15,367 nucleotides of DNA from an uncultured archaeon. GTDB lineage: Archaea; Asgardarchaeota; Lokiarchaeia; Sigyniarchaeales; SOKP01. A program made the position numbers and the translations under genes. Below the pieces are notes generated by a model that saw only the letters and a list, made by a program, of their open reading frames with translations, had not been told where the DNA came from and did no database searches. The stretch lies in assembly GCA_964493715.1 (NCBI GenBank), contig CAZBPC010000081.1, forward strand, positions 1 to 15,367. The letters are read 5' to 3'. Positions 1-8,185 of this stretch are shown one piece after another (position 1 is the stretch's first letter; each line of letters starts with the position of its first letter).

Positions 1-86
1 AGATTATCTATTGCAATTTCAAAAGAAGGTACCCTGTCTGGTTCTTCATGGTTAATGCTTTTTAAAATTCTTTCTTTAGCATCCAT
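1..86 (-). CDS. Uroporphyrinogen decarboxylase / MtaA-CmuA family protein, N-terminal part (runs off the window)
   Basis: Not in the ORF track. Manual translation from ATG at 86: MDAKERILKSINHEEPDRVPSFEIAIDN. The ERxxxxxxHEEPDRVP start is typical of URO-D-fold proteins. Only 28 codons are visible. Confidence 0.75.
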   Translation of the reverse strand, partial: MDAKERILKSINHEEPDRVPSFEIAIDN

Positions 87-386
87 AATAATTAGTTTAA
101 ACGCGCGAATTATTAAATATACTTATAATTTTAAGTGATCTTTCTTTAATTTTAGATGCATATATTTTTTTATATATATTTAAAAAGTCGGAAAAAGAGC
201 ATTTTTAAGCTGATTCTTTTATATTTTATTTTAATACAAAACATTTAAATATATTATTCTAATAATTATAAATGAAGTATATAAATTAATATATGAAATG
301 TTAAATAGATTTTAATTATCAGTATACTTAGTAAATGCACAAATATCCTTATCAGTTTAAAAAAAAAATAAAGAGTGTTAGGAATA

Positions 387-1151
387 ATGAATGTGTATGA
401 TTTGTTTTTTAGCATATGTTTGGGGTTATTTATCGGGGGGATTATCATGTCAATAATCTCAATGATTCTTGCTGAAATTTCAACTCATGATACTTCCGCA
501 TCGGACCATATTGATCACATCGATCATTTAGATCATATTGTTGACCATATTGATCATATCGATCATTTTGACCATATCGATCATTTTGACCATATCGATC
601 ATTTAGATCATGTTGACCAAGTTGACCACATCGATCATCCTGATCATCCCGATCATCCCGATCATGTGGATAAATATGATCATTCAGATTCTTCAAAAGA
701 TTTTAATCATCTTGATGACACTACACCTGCTCCTTTCATGTTATTATTTTCTACATCATTATTAATTTTTGGAATCTCAGGAATCGTGTTATATTATTCA
801 TTAGGAGAATTATTCAGATTTTTATTATTCATATTTACTCCGGCTATTACATACGCAATTACCAAATTGATTTCAGTGGGGTGGAAAAAAATGGCTAAAT
901 CTAGATATTATGAGATCTCTTCAACTTCTTATCAAATCGGAAAAGTTGGTGAAGTAATATTAAATGTTGATAAGAGGGGTGGAGTAATTGAAATTCCCTC
1001 CCAAACACCATTAAAGTTTGAACAATTACATGTAAAGCCTTATCGAGAATCAGACATTTTTGAAAGGGGAACAAAAGTTTATATTTGCGATGTTCAAGGT
1101 GATTATTTATTAGTAGATACCAATAAGAATTCAATAAGGAAGAGGAAATAA
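387..1151 (+). CDS. NfeD/YqiJ(YuaF)-like membrane protein (flotillin partner) with an Asp-His tandem repeat loop
   Basis: Three hydrophobic segments (LFFSICLGLFIGGIIMSIISMILA, FMLLFSTSLLIFGISGIVLYY, FLLFIFTPAITYAITKLISVGW). C-terminal NfeD-type OB-fold pattern (IGKVGEV...GGVIEI...GTKVYICDVQGDYLLV). Lies directly upstream of an SPFH gene. Start is ATG 387 or GTG 375. Confidence 0.8.
   Translation: MNVYDLFFSICLGLFIGGIIMSIISMILAEISTHDTSASDHIDHIDHLDHIVDHIDHIDHFDHIDHFDHIDHLDHVDQVDHIDHPDHPDHPDHVDKYDHSDSSKDFNHLDDTTPAPFMLLFSTSLLIFGISGIVLYYSLGELFRFLLFIFTPAITYAITKLISVGWKKMAKSRYYEISSTSYQIGKVGEVILNVDKRGGVIEIPSQTPLKFEQLHVKPYRESDIFERGTKVYICDVQGDYLLVDTNKNSIRKRK
504..686 (+). repeat. Coding tandem repeat with a 9-bp / 3-aa period (D-H-x), 20 units
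   Basis: DHI DHI DHL DHIV DHI DHI DHF DHI DHF DHI DHL DHV DQV DHI DHP DHP DHP DHV DKY DHS; 18 of 20 units begin with DH. An exact 18-bp unit CATATCGATCATTTTGAC occurs at 555-572 and 573-590, with a partial copy at 591-604. Confidence 0.95.
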
Positions 1152-1295
1152 GGTAAAATTGAAAAATAACATTAAGAAGTTAATTTTTTTTGTAAATAAA
1201 GCGTTTATTAAATGGGTTTTGGAGTCACGGGAACAAATTTTTATTTGTTTTTCAAATTTAAAAAAAATCGAACTAAATAAATTAAATTATTAAAA

Positions 1296-1302
1296 AAGGA
1301 GG
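1296..1302 (+). promoter_or_regulatory. Shine-Dalgarno-like site for the SPFH gene
   Basis: AAGGAGG 12 nt upstream of ATG 1315. Confidence 0.55.
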
Positions 1303-1314
1303 AAAGAAACAATA

Positions 1315-2490
1315 ATGTTACTACAAGAAGTAAATGGGATGGTAGTAGGTCTAATTATTACAGGGATATGTATTTTCTTTATGATCGTAATCTTTATGGT
1401 TACAAGATATAGAAAATTTAAAACTAACCAATTTGTCATTCATTTGAGAAACGGTAAAGTAAGACATGCTGGATTAGGAGGTAGTATGTGGTTATTACCA
1501 CTAATAGATGAATATATTGTGATCCCAACTACGAGTATTCAAACAATTTTGGAGGCTCACGAGCAAGTTGTATCAATGGAATATCAGAATATTTCAATCG
1601 TAGGAATGTTAATTTGGAAAGTCATAGATCCTGAAAAAGCTTTCAGTGCAGTTTCATGGCTCGAACGAGAAGAAAATTATGTTGATAAAATTTTAAAGAA
1701 TGCCGCTGAAGCAATTATTAGAACAACTTGTGCAAACATGCCACTTGAAAAAATAATTCGGGAACGACGTGAAATAATTGAACTTGTTAGTAAAGAATTA
1801 CATGAACTAACTGCTAATTGGGGAGTCGTTATAGAATCAATTGAGATCAGAGAAGTTAATATTTTAGAACCAGAGCTAAAAAGTAATATGGAAGCAACAA
1901 AAAAAGCAGTTGAGTATAAAAAAGCTCGTATAGCAAAAGCTGATGCAGAACTTACATCAAAGTTAAGAGAATTGGAAGTAAGAAACGAAGTTGGTACTCA
2001 AGAACAGAATGTTGAAAGAGAGATCCTATTGCGTGAAAAAGAAAAGCAAATCGCTATAGCTGAAAGAGAACGCGAACGTAAGCAAATTGAAGCGGATGGA
2101 GAACGGCAAAAAGTAGTAATTGAGGCCGATGCTCAAGCATCTGCTATTAAGAAAAAGTTAATTGCTCAAGCAGAAGGTGAAGCTGAAGGCATAAGGCAAC
2201 AAATGCTTGCTCAAGCAGAAGGATTCCAAGAGCAAGTAAACGCCATGAGTCATGCTGACCAAAGATTCTTAGCAGTACAATTAACCAACATATTACCTGA
2301 AATATTTAAGCATTTAAGCCCTGATAAAATGTTCATTATGGGTAATGGTGAAGAGGCGTTTAGTTCCCTTTCGAAAGCAATTTTACCGTTCATGCAATTA
2401 TTGCCTGAATACTCAGATAAAATAAAGAAATTTTTAGGGAACGGAGATATGGCATCCAAGGTTAAAGATTTGTTAACTATTCAAGAATAA
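1315..2490 (+). CDS. SPFH/Band-7 domain flotillin-like membrane protein
   Basis: Single N-terminal TM helix. SPFH core (WKVIDPEKA, AEAIIRTTCANMPLEKIIRER, WGVVIESIEIREV). Long E/K/A/R-rich coiled coil with flotillin-type AEGEAEG repeats. Confidence 0.92.
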   Translation: MLLQEVNGMVVGLIITGICIFFMIVIFMVTRYRKFKTNQFVIHLRNGKVRHAGLGGSMWLLPLIDEYIVIPTTSIQTILEAHEQVVSMEYQNISIVGMLIWKVIDPEKAFSAVSWLEREENYVDKILKNAAEAIIRTTCANMPLEKIIRERREIIELVSKELHELTANWGVVIESIEIREVNILEPELKSNMEATKKAVEYKKARIAKADAELTSKLRELEVRNEVGTQEQNVEREILLREKEKQIAIAERERERKQIEADGERQKVVIEADAQASAIKKKLIAQAEGEAEGIRQQMLAQAEGFQEQVNAMSHADQRFLAVQLTNILPEIFKHLSPDKMFIMGNGEEAFSSLSKAILPFMQLLPEYSDKIKKFLGNGDMASKVKDLLTIQE

Positions 2491-2521
2491 TTATATATTT
2501 TTTTCATAAAATTTTTTTTTA
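2491..2521 (+). terminator. Oligo-T archaeal-type terminator region after the SPFH gene
   Basis: Two T tracts (T7 and T10) immediately after the stop, between convergent genes. Confidence 0.45.
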
Positions 2522-2543
2522 TAAATCTATGAACATATTTATT

Positions 2544-3392
2544 TCAAATTTTAGTTGAGCTTGCAAATATAGCATTGATTCCGTTAGTATGAAATTCGAC
2601 TAGCTCTGGTAGTGATGATAGGATCGCCATTGGAAGTTTTACAGGAAGTGGGATCTTAAAAAAGCTTTTTTTATCATCAACAAGAATTATTCCAAATATT
2701 TCCTTTATGTTTAAAGCTAGATCTTTGATTATTTGAAAAGAATATGCGTTTCCATGCTCAGGTGGAAGAAAATGTTCAATTTTAGAGATAATTTCTTTGA
2801 TTACATCAAATGCCGGAGTATTAAGACGATACAATCCTAAATGTTTATATTGCTCAATAAATTCATCTGAAACATCATCTAATAGAATTATTTTAACATC
2901 AATATCTCCAATTTTTTGTGTCAATAAAGTGAAAATCTTTGTATTAAAGAAATTGAGTGGAAAAAAGGATATAAAAGATTTTTTTGCGGCATCAATTAGC
3001 ATGTAGATAAAATCTTGGATTGCTTCTAACCCCGCTACGCCCATAAAAGGAATTTCTTCCGCTTCTTCAGTGCTGTATATTTTATCAATAATTTCTAGAC
3101 TTTTATTACTAATTGCTTGAATATTCCTTGAAAAATTAAGAAAGTACTCTTGAATCTTTTCTTTTGGCTTAATCATAAACAATTTCTTTTTCTTTCTATG
3201 AATTACATCGACTAATCCTTTTTTTTGGAGAAGCAAAAGATTCTCATAGGTTTTTGGTTGAGGAACTCCACTATATAGATGAATTTCTCTTGCACTTAAC
3301 ACAATATATCTAATTAGAGTTTCTAGAATTTGAGCCTCATATTTTGTAAAATCAAATTCTTTTAACAGCGGTTCTAAACGATCCATATTCAT
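2544..3392 (-). CDS. TrmB-family transcriptional regulator
   Basis: N-terminal wHTH LKEFDFTKYEAQILETL...SAREIHLYSGVPQPKTYENLLLLQKKGLV, typical of TrmB. It is followed by a coiled linker and an effector-like domain (LIDAAKKS...LVDDKKSF). Start is ATG 3392 or 3386; the ORF track uses TTG 3398. Confidence 0.88.
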   Translation of the reverse strand: MNMDRLEPLLKEFDFTKYEAQILETLIRYIVLSAREIHLYSGVPQPKTYENLLLLQKKGLVDVIHRKKKKLFMIKPKEKIQEYFLNFSRNIQAISNKSLEIIDKIYSTEEAEEIPFMGVAGLEAIQDFIYMLIDAAKKSFISFFPLNFFNTKIFTLLTQKIGDIDVKIILLDDVSDEFIEQYKHLGLYRLNTPAFDVIKEIISKIEHFLPPEHGNAYSFQIIKDLALNIKEIFGIILVDDKKSFFKIPLPVKLPMAILSSLPELVEFHTNGINAIFASSTKI

Positions 3393-3415
3393 ATTCAAAA
3401 TATTTTTATACTATT

Positions 3416-3431
3416 TACTACTTAAGTAGTA
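3416..3431. promoter_or_regulatory. Perfect 16-bp palindrome, candidate TrmB-family operator
   Basis: TACTACTTAAGTAGTA lies in the ~70-bp divergent gap between the regulator and the ABC operon. TACT/AGTA half-sites resemble characterised archaeal TrmB sites. Confidence 0.75.
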
Positions 3432-3462
3432 TAATATTTTAATTTTTGGTTTTGAAAAAAAA

Positions 3463-4464
3463 ATGTCAGAATCAGTATTAAATAATCAAAATAAACAACA
3501 AGAACTAATTACCATTAAAAATATAACAAAGAAGTATCCAAATACAGTTGCATTAGAGGATATATCATTTAACATTCGGAAAGGAGAGATTTTTTGCATT
3601 ATCGGTCCAAATGGGGCTGGTAAGTCGACCATCGTTAAAATACTAACTGGTCAGATTAAAGCATCAAAAGGGGAAATAAGAATACATGAGTTCCATACCA
3701 TAAAGGATAGGAAAAAGATATTAGGAATGTTCGGGTTAGTCCCTCAAGAAATTGCATTATATAATGAATTAACCGGCAGAGAAAACTTGGAATTTCATGG
3801 TCGTCTCTTTAATCTTTCCAAACAATTTATGACCCAAAAAATAGATGAACTTCTAACCATGGCTGGACTTATTGATCGCCAGCATGATTTAGTGAAGACA
3901 TATTCTGGTGGCATGAAGAGAAGACTACAGTTAATCCGCGCATTATTGCATCAACCAGAAATAGTAGTTCTGGATGAACCAACCTTAGGTGTTGATGTAC
4001 AGTCTCGAAATGCAATACATAAATATATACTAGATTTACCTTCCAAAGGGAAGACTGTAGTATTAACCACTAATTACATGGAAGAAGCAGAACGGTTAGC
4101 TGATCGCTTAATAATTTTAGATACTAAAATTATAGATGGTCCAGGAAGATTATTAGAAATTCAAGAGAGAGTGTTTCCTAATTTAATTATAGAATTTAAA
4201 ACTGAACGCGCCATGTTAAAATCTGAATTTCTTACTATATTTCTCCAAGATGAATTGAAGGGAAAAGTCATTTCAGAGAAAGATATGAGTGAAAGACATG
4301 TAATTCTTCAAATCATTTTCGATACTACTCATATAGAAGAAATTTTTGAGAAATTTATTGCATATACTAAAGCTAACGACATTCCAATTGAGGAGTTCAC
4401 GATAAAGAGACCTAATTTAGAAGACGTGTTCATAAAATTAACAGGAAAAGAATTTCGAGAGTGA
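3463..4464 (+). CDS. ABC-2 type (DrrA/LnrL-like) exporter ATP-binding subunit
   Basis: Walker A GPNGAGKST, Q-loop VPQE, signature YSGGM, Walker B VVLDEPT, and a C-terminal LEDVF motif of DrrA-like ATPases. Confidence 0.95.
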   Translation: MSESVLNNQNKQQELITIKNITKKYPNTVALEDISFNIRKGEIFCIIGPNGAGKSTIVKILTGQIKASKGEIRIHEFHTIKDRKKILGMFGLVPQEIALYNELTGRENLEFHGRLFNLSKQFMTQKIDELLTMAGLIDRQHDLVKTYSGGMKRRLQLIRALLHQPEIVVLDEPTLGVDVQSRNAIHKYILDLPSKGKTVVLTTNYMEEAERLADRLIILDTKIIDGPGRLLEIQERVFPNLIIEFKTERAMLKSEFLTIFLQDELKGKVISEKDMSERHVILQIIFDTTHIEEIFEKFIAYTKANDIPIEEFTIKRPNLEDVFIKLTGKEFRE

Positions 4465-5660
4465 TAATACTGAATAGTGTCCTAGAGGAACAAAAAAAAC
4501 TAAAATATAAAATAAGTAAATGGTTTCGAGATTTACGCACAATAATCAATAAGGATTTGATTTCTACCAAAAGAGTAAAAAAATATTTCTTTTCGGGTGT
4601 AATTCCTCCTCTAGTTATGTTAATTGTGTTCACTTCATTTTTACAGGTAAGCAATCCAGAAACGTACACCGTGATCGTGGTAGATGATGACAAATCACAA
4701 TATTCCGGAATTATGTTGAATTATGTTGCAAATATTAGTAGCGATTTTGCTCCTTGGTTTTCAATTATAAAGATTGATACATTTGATGAAGCAATGGCTC
4801 TATTGCAAGACTTTACCTATTTAGGGTTAATCTACATACCTTCTGGCTTTGAAGCAAATATAACATCTGGGATCGAAAATCAAAAGGGAATAATTCACTT
4901 AATAGTACAAAACATCAACAATGATTATGTAAAGAACTATATGCAGCGTTTAGATGAAGCAGTCCTAACTTTTAATGAAGATGTACATGTATCAGTTGGT
5001 TCGGTAGATCTTTTTGCTATAAGTCTGGAAAAGACATACGTGATCGATCAACCAGTCAATAATGCAAAAAGTATTACCTTGGGCATTATAGCTATGTACG
5101 GAATTATTTGTGGGATGGTGTTTGGTGCCTTGAATATTGCAAAAGAATACGAAGATTCCACTATTCTAGAGATAGCTAACAGCCCAGTCCGACGAACTGC
5201 CTATATGGCTTCAAAACAATTAATTGCGGTAATTCTCGGAGGATTAGTAATCTTAATTTTCTCCATTCTTCTATTCTTGATTTTTCATATCGAATTTCGA
5301 GGAGATTTATTTATTGTTATAATCTCATTTATACTTATTACTTGGATTCACTCAGGGATAGGTTGCTTAATTGGTTTAAAATTTAAACGTACCATGCCAG
5401 TAATTTTGGTTTGTATAGTTGCTTCAATGTTACTTTGGTTTTTTACGGGTGGTTTTGCACCCTTGAATATGCTAGGCGAAAATGTTATACTAGTTTCAAG
5501 ATTCATTCCTGCTACTTATTGGACAGAAATTTTGGTAGCAGAGACACTTTATCCATCAATCACTTACGTTCTGCCCCGTTTATTAATTTTAATAATTCTA
5601 AGTATAATAATTACGTTAATTTCATGGTATTTAATTTCTAAGGAGGGTTTTAGAGTATGA
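4461..5660 (+). CDS. ABC-2 type exporter permease with large extracytoplasmic loop
   Basis: One N-terminal TM, a soluble loop starting VIVVDDDKS, the IAKEYEDSTILEIANSPV motif, five further TMs and the FTGGFAP...IPATY motif. GTGA overlap with the ATPase stop. Confidence 0.9.
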   Translation: MIILNSVLEEQKKLKYKISKWFRDLRTIINKDLISTKRVKKYFFSGVIPPLVMLIVFTSFLQVSNPETYTVIVVDDDKSQYSGIMLNYVANISSDFAPWFSIIKIDTFDEAMALLQDFTYLGLIYIPSGFEANITSGIENQKGIIHLIVQNINNDYVKNYMQRLDEAVLTFNEDVHVSVGSVDLFAISLEKTYVIDQPVNNAKSITLGIIAMYGIICGMVFGALNIAKEYEDSTILEIANSPVRRTAYMASKQLIAVILGGLVILIFSILLFLIFHIEFRGDLFIVIISFILITWIHSGIGCLIGLKFKRTMPVILVCIVASMLLWFFTGGFAPLNMLGENVILVSRFIPATYWTEILVAETLYPSITYVLPRLLILIILSIIITLISWYLISKEGFRV

Positions 5661-6892
5661 ATCCATATAGAATGAAGAGAAGAAGTAAAACTTTAAGACT
5701 TTTCTTGAACGAGATAATGAAAAATATCCGAACTATAATTCGGGGACCCACACGTACAATTTTGATCATTTGCATACTTTTTCCATTACTTTATCTGACT
5801 TTCATGAACATGATCTTCGGAGTATTAAACTTTAATTATCCAATGGCAGTAGTAATACCAGATTATAACTCGAATGAAGAATTGCATAATGCGCTTGAAT
5901 CTAATAGCATTCCTAATACTGTACAGTTTTTGGATTATTTAGACAATAATAGTGTTGTCGGGCAAACCATTGTAAAAAGCCATATTAGTGCATTAGGTAT
6001 ATCGGAAGAACAATTTGACGAAAGATTGAAATTGCAGGAACTCTCATTAATAGTGACGCTACCCTTTAATTTTAATGATATAATCGGCCAAGTGAAGAAT
6101 GGTACATGGACAAATGGAAGTATCACAATTAAACTTAATATTTTAAACCTACATGAGGATTATTTGAAAAATATTTATTTTGGATTCCAAAGAAAATTGA
6201 AAGCGTATTACGATGAGGTGCTATCTAACGAAACAGAAATAAATTATGTGTATTCAAATGCTGATCCAAATCGTATTACTTTTCCACGAATGTGGACCAT
6301 TGGTTCAGGTGCTTTGGTTTACTTATGCTTAACTTCTTCTATGATCATCGCAGCATCTTTCATTTTTAATGAGAAAACAGATCAGATGAAACAAGAATTA
6401 GCGTTAGCATCTTCAAAAAACCAGACTATAACTTTTTTTGGCAAGATAAGTGCTACTGTAATTTTAACTGTGGGATTAAACTTTATAATTGGAGCTTTAA
6501 TTGTTTTTTTTTGGATTGGTCTTCCAGTACCCGTTGATTTATTGGGGTTTTCATTGATAACAATAGTAACTGTGTTAATAGGTGCTTTATTCGGTTCTAT
6601 AATAGGAGCATTAATCCCAGAACAAGTTTTTACTGTCCCAACTGCAGCTTTTATTGCATTAACTACATTATTTTTATGTGGTGGTTTTATGGATATTCAA
6701 TTATTTAATCCAATCCTCCAATCAATTATAGAATGGGTTCCATTCACTTATTTATACGCAATTTTCAAAAATACAATATTAACTGGGGATTTTGCTCCCC
6801 CAACATATATTGGTGGCATAATTCTTTATATTGCGATATTTACTCTCATAGGATTGTACCTATATCGTAAATTTGTGATATCATCAAAATAA
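5657..6892 (+). CDS. Second ABC-2 type exporter permease
   Basis: Same 1+5 TM layout, IFNEKTDQM, GKI and LCGGFMD...VPFTY motifs. ATGA overlap with the previous gene. Confidence 0.9.
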   Translation: MNPYRMKRRSKTLRLFLNEIMKNIRTIIRGPTRTILIICILFPLLYLTFMNMIFGVLNFNYPMAVVIPDYNSNEELHNALESNSIPNTVQFLDYLDNNSVVGQTIVKSHISALGISEEQFDERLKLQELSLIVTLPFNFNDIIGQVKNGTWTNGSITIKLNILNLHEDYLKNIYFGFQRKLKAYYDEVLSNETEINYVYSNADPNRITFPRMWTIGSGALVYLCLTSSMIIAASFIFNEKTDQMKQELALASSKNQTITFFGKISATVILTVGLNFIIGALIVFFWIGLPVPVDLLGFSLITIVTVLIGALFGSIIGALIPEQVFTVPTAAFIALTTLFLCGGFMDIQLFNPILQSIIEWVPFTYLYAIFKNTILTGDFAPPTYIGGIILYIAIFTLIGLYLYRKFVISSK

Positions 6893-6908
6893 TTTCTATT
6901 AAATTAGG

Positions 6909-6950
6909 TTTTTTTATATTAACTTTCTTTATTTTTTACAAAAAAAAATA
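6909..6950. terminator. Possible bidirectional T/A-tract terminator region
   Basis: T tracts on + followed by an A9 tract (T tract on -) between convergent operons. Confidence 0.4.
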
Positions 6951-6961
6951 ATTTATAACTA

Positions 6962-7492
6962 TTATTGATCTGGAGGAATAGATACAGTATAACTCCCACT
7001 TTCGATATTTTTTCGCAGTTCCATCAGGTTTATACCGACTCCGTAGCAATAAAGGTTTCTTTTGGGTATAATTTTGATGAAAACAGGATCTTCATATTCG
7101 GAATTCATTTTTCCCACTTGTCTAATATTCATTTTAAGAATTTTTGGACCAGCAAAAAATGCTTGTTGTGCTTCAAAATTACTGTAAGGCATGATTTCGC
7201 CATATCCTTGAAACTGCACGCAATTAGCGGGAACAAAGCGTAGAAAATGGTGAGGGAAAGGAATGACAAAAGAAATTGAGTTATTATTCTCTACATTTTT
7301 TACTTTTCTATAGTGCTTTTCAGTCAGTATGTAAAGTGCGAATTTAGATTCGGGTGGGGATACCGCATATAAAATACTTGTGGAATGTGAATTCCCATTT
7401 TGATCAATAGTACTTAATATACCATACGTCTTTTTTCTTATCTCTTTTTCAATAAACTCAAAATTCAGTGTTTTTTTCGACATATCCTTCAC
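6962..7492 (-). CDS. Pyridoxamine 5'-phosphate oxidase-like (split beta-barrel) protein
   Basis: YGILSTIDQNGNSHST...LYILTEKHYRKVKNVENNNSISF matches the family pattern LxTxxxxGxP...YxxT...RKxxNxxxNxxVS. Start is GTG 7492 or ATG 7483. Confidence 0.85.
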   Translation of the reverse strand: MKDMSKKTLNFEFIEKEIRKKTYGILSTIDQNGNSHSTSILYAVSPPESKFALYILTEKHYRKVKNVENNNSISFVIPFPHHFLRFVPANCVQFQGYGEIMPYSNFEAQQAFFAGPKILKMNIRQVGKMNSEYEDPVFIKIIPKRNLYCYGVGINLMELRKNIESGSYTVSIPPDQ

Positions 7493-7501
7493 TTATCTAT
7501 A

Positions 7502-8185
7502 TTAAACTTTTCTTAATTCTATTTTCAACCATATGGGTAAATTTACTAAGGTAATTTTGTTAATTGAGTAATTTCCCTTAAAAAATGATTTTTTTATGAT
7601 TTCTTTTAGTTCATCAATTTCATAAGTCATCTTTAATTGCTTTTTTAAAAAACGTGGGATTATTTTTCTATTAAAATAACTTTCTTTTTGTAGATTTTTT
7701 TCAATAGCTTCATCAAGTTCATCCTCATTATATTCCTTATGAGACTCGAAAAGGATGGCATTACTTTGGGGTTTTAAAATGCGATAAATCTCATTTAAGG
7801 CGTCTATAGGAGAATTCCAGAGATAAAAACTCCCTGTACATGTTATAAGGTTGAAGTAATCATCGTTAAAATCAGTTTTTGTTATATTTCCTTGTTTTAA
7901 ATTAACTGGTATATTTTTAAGATTTAATTTGGCTAATTCAATCATTTTTTCTGAAACATCTAATCCATATAATTCAATTTTAGAGTTTTTTTCAAATATT
8001 TCTGCCAATAATCTTCCATGTCCCGTACCAATATCTAGTAATCTCCCTTCATTAATGTGTTGCGTTAATTCTTCTGCAATTTGAACCCGTTGAATCCTCA
8101 TTGCATCTTTTTTCATCATTGAATCGTACAATTTAGCTGCAAATTTTGGAAATTTAATGAAACTGTTTTCTCCTCGATCACTCAT
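7502..8185 (-). CDS. Class I SAM-dependent methyltransferase (UbiE/Methyltransf_11-like)
   Basis: Motif I LLDIGTGHG, GLDVSEKMIELAK, FNDDYFNLITC and ALNEIYRILKP. Start is ATG 8185 (ORF track uses TTG 8194). Ends 9 nt before the PNPOx-like ORF. Confidence 0.92.
   Translation of the reverse strand: MSDRGENSFIKFPKFAAKLYDSMMKKDAMRIQRVQIAEELTQHINEGRLLDIGTGHGRLLAEIFEKNSKIELYGLDVSEKMIELAKLNLKNIPVNLKQGNITKTDFNDDYFNLITCTGSFYLWNSPIDALNEIYRILKPQSNAILFESHKEYNEDELDEAIEKNLQKESYFNRKIIPRFLKKQLKMTYEIDELKEIIKKSFFKGNYSINKITLVNLPIWLKIELRKV

Noticed and set aside
325-333. TACT-T-AGTA upstream of the NfeD gene as a second TrmB site
   Set aside because: Spacer of 1 instead of 8, and too short to be significant in AT-rich DNA.
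266-448. 60-aa minus-strand ORF
   Set aside because: Low-complexity I/L/F/K translation of AT-rich intergenic DNA, overlapping the NfeD start.
504-686. CRISPR-like array or GATC methylation cluster
   Set aside because: The units are contiguous 9-mers with no spacers. The GATC density follows directly from GAT-CAY (Asp-His) codons.
445-696. Repetitive antisense ORF (NDRYGQ units, 83 aa)
   Set aside because: It is the reverse-strand shadow of the DHx repeat and lies fully inside a well-supported gene.
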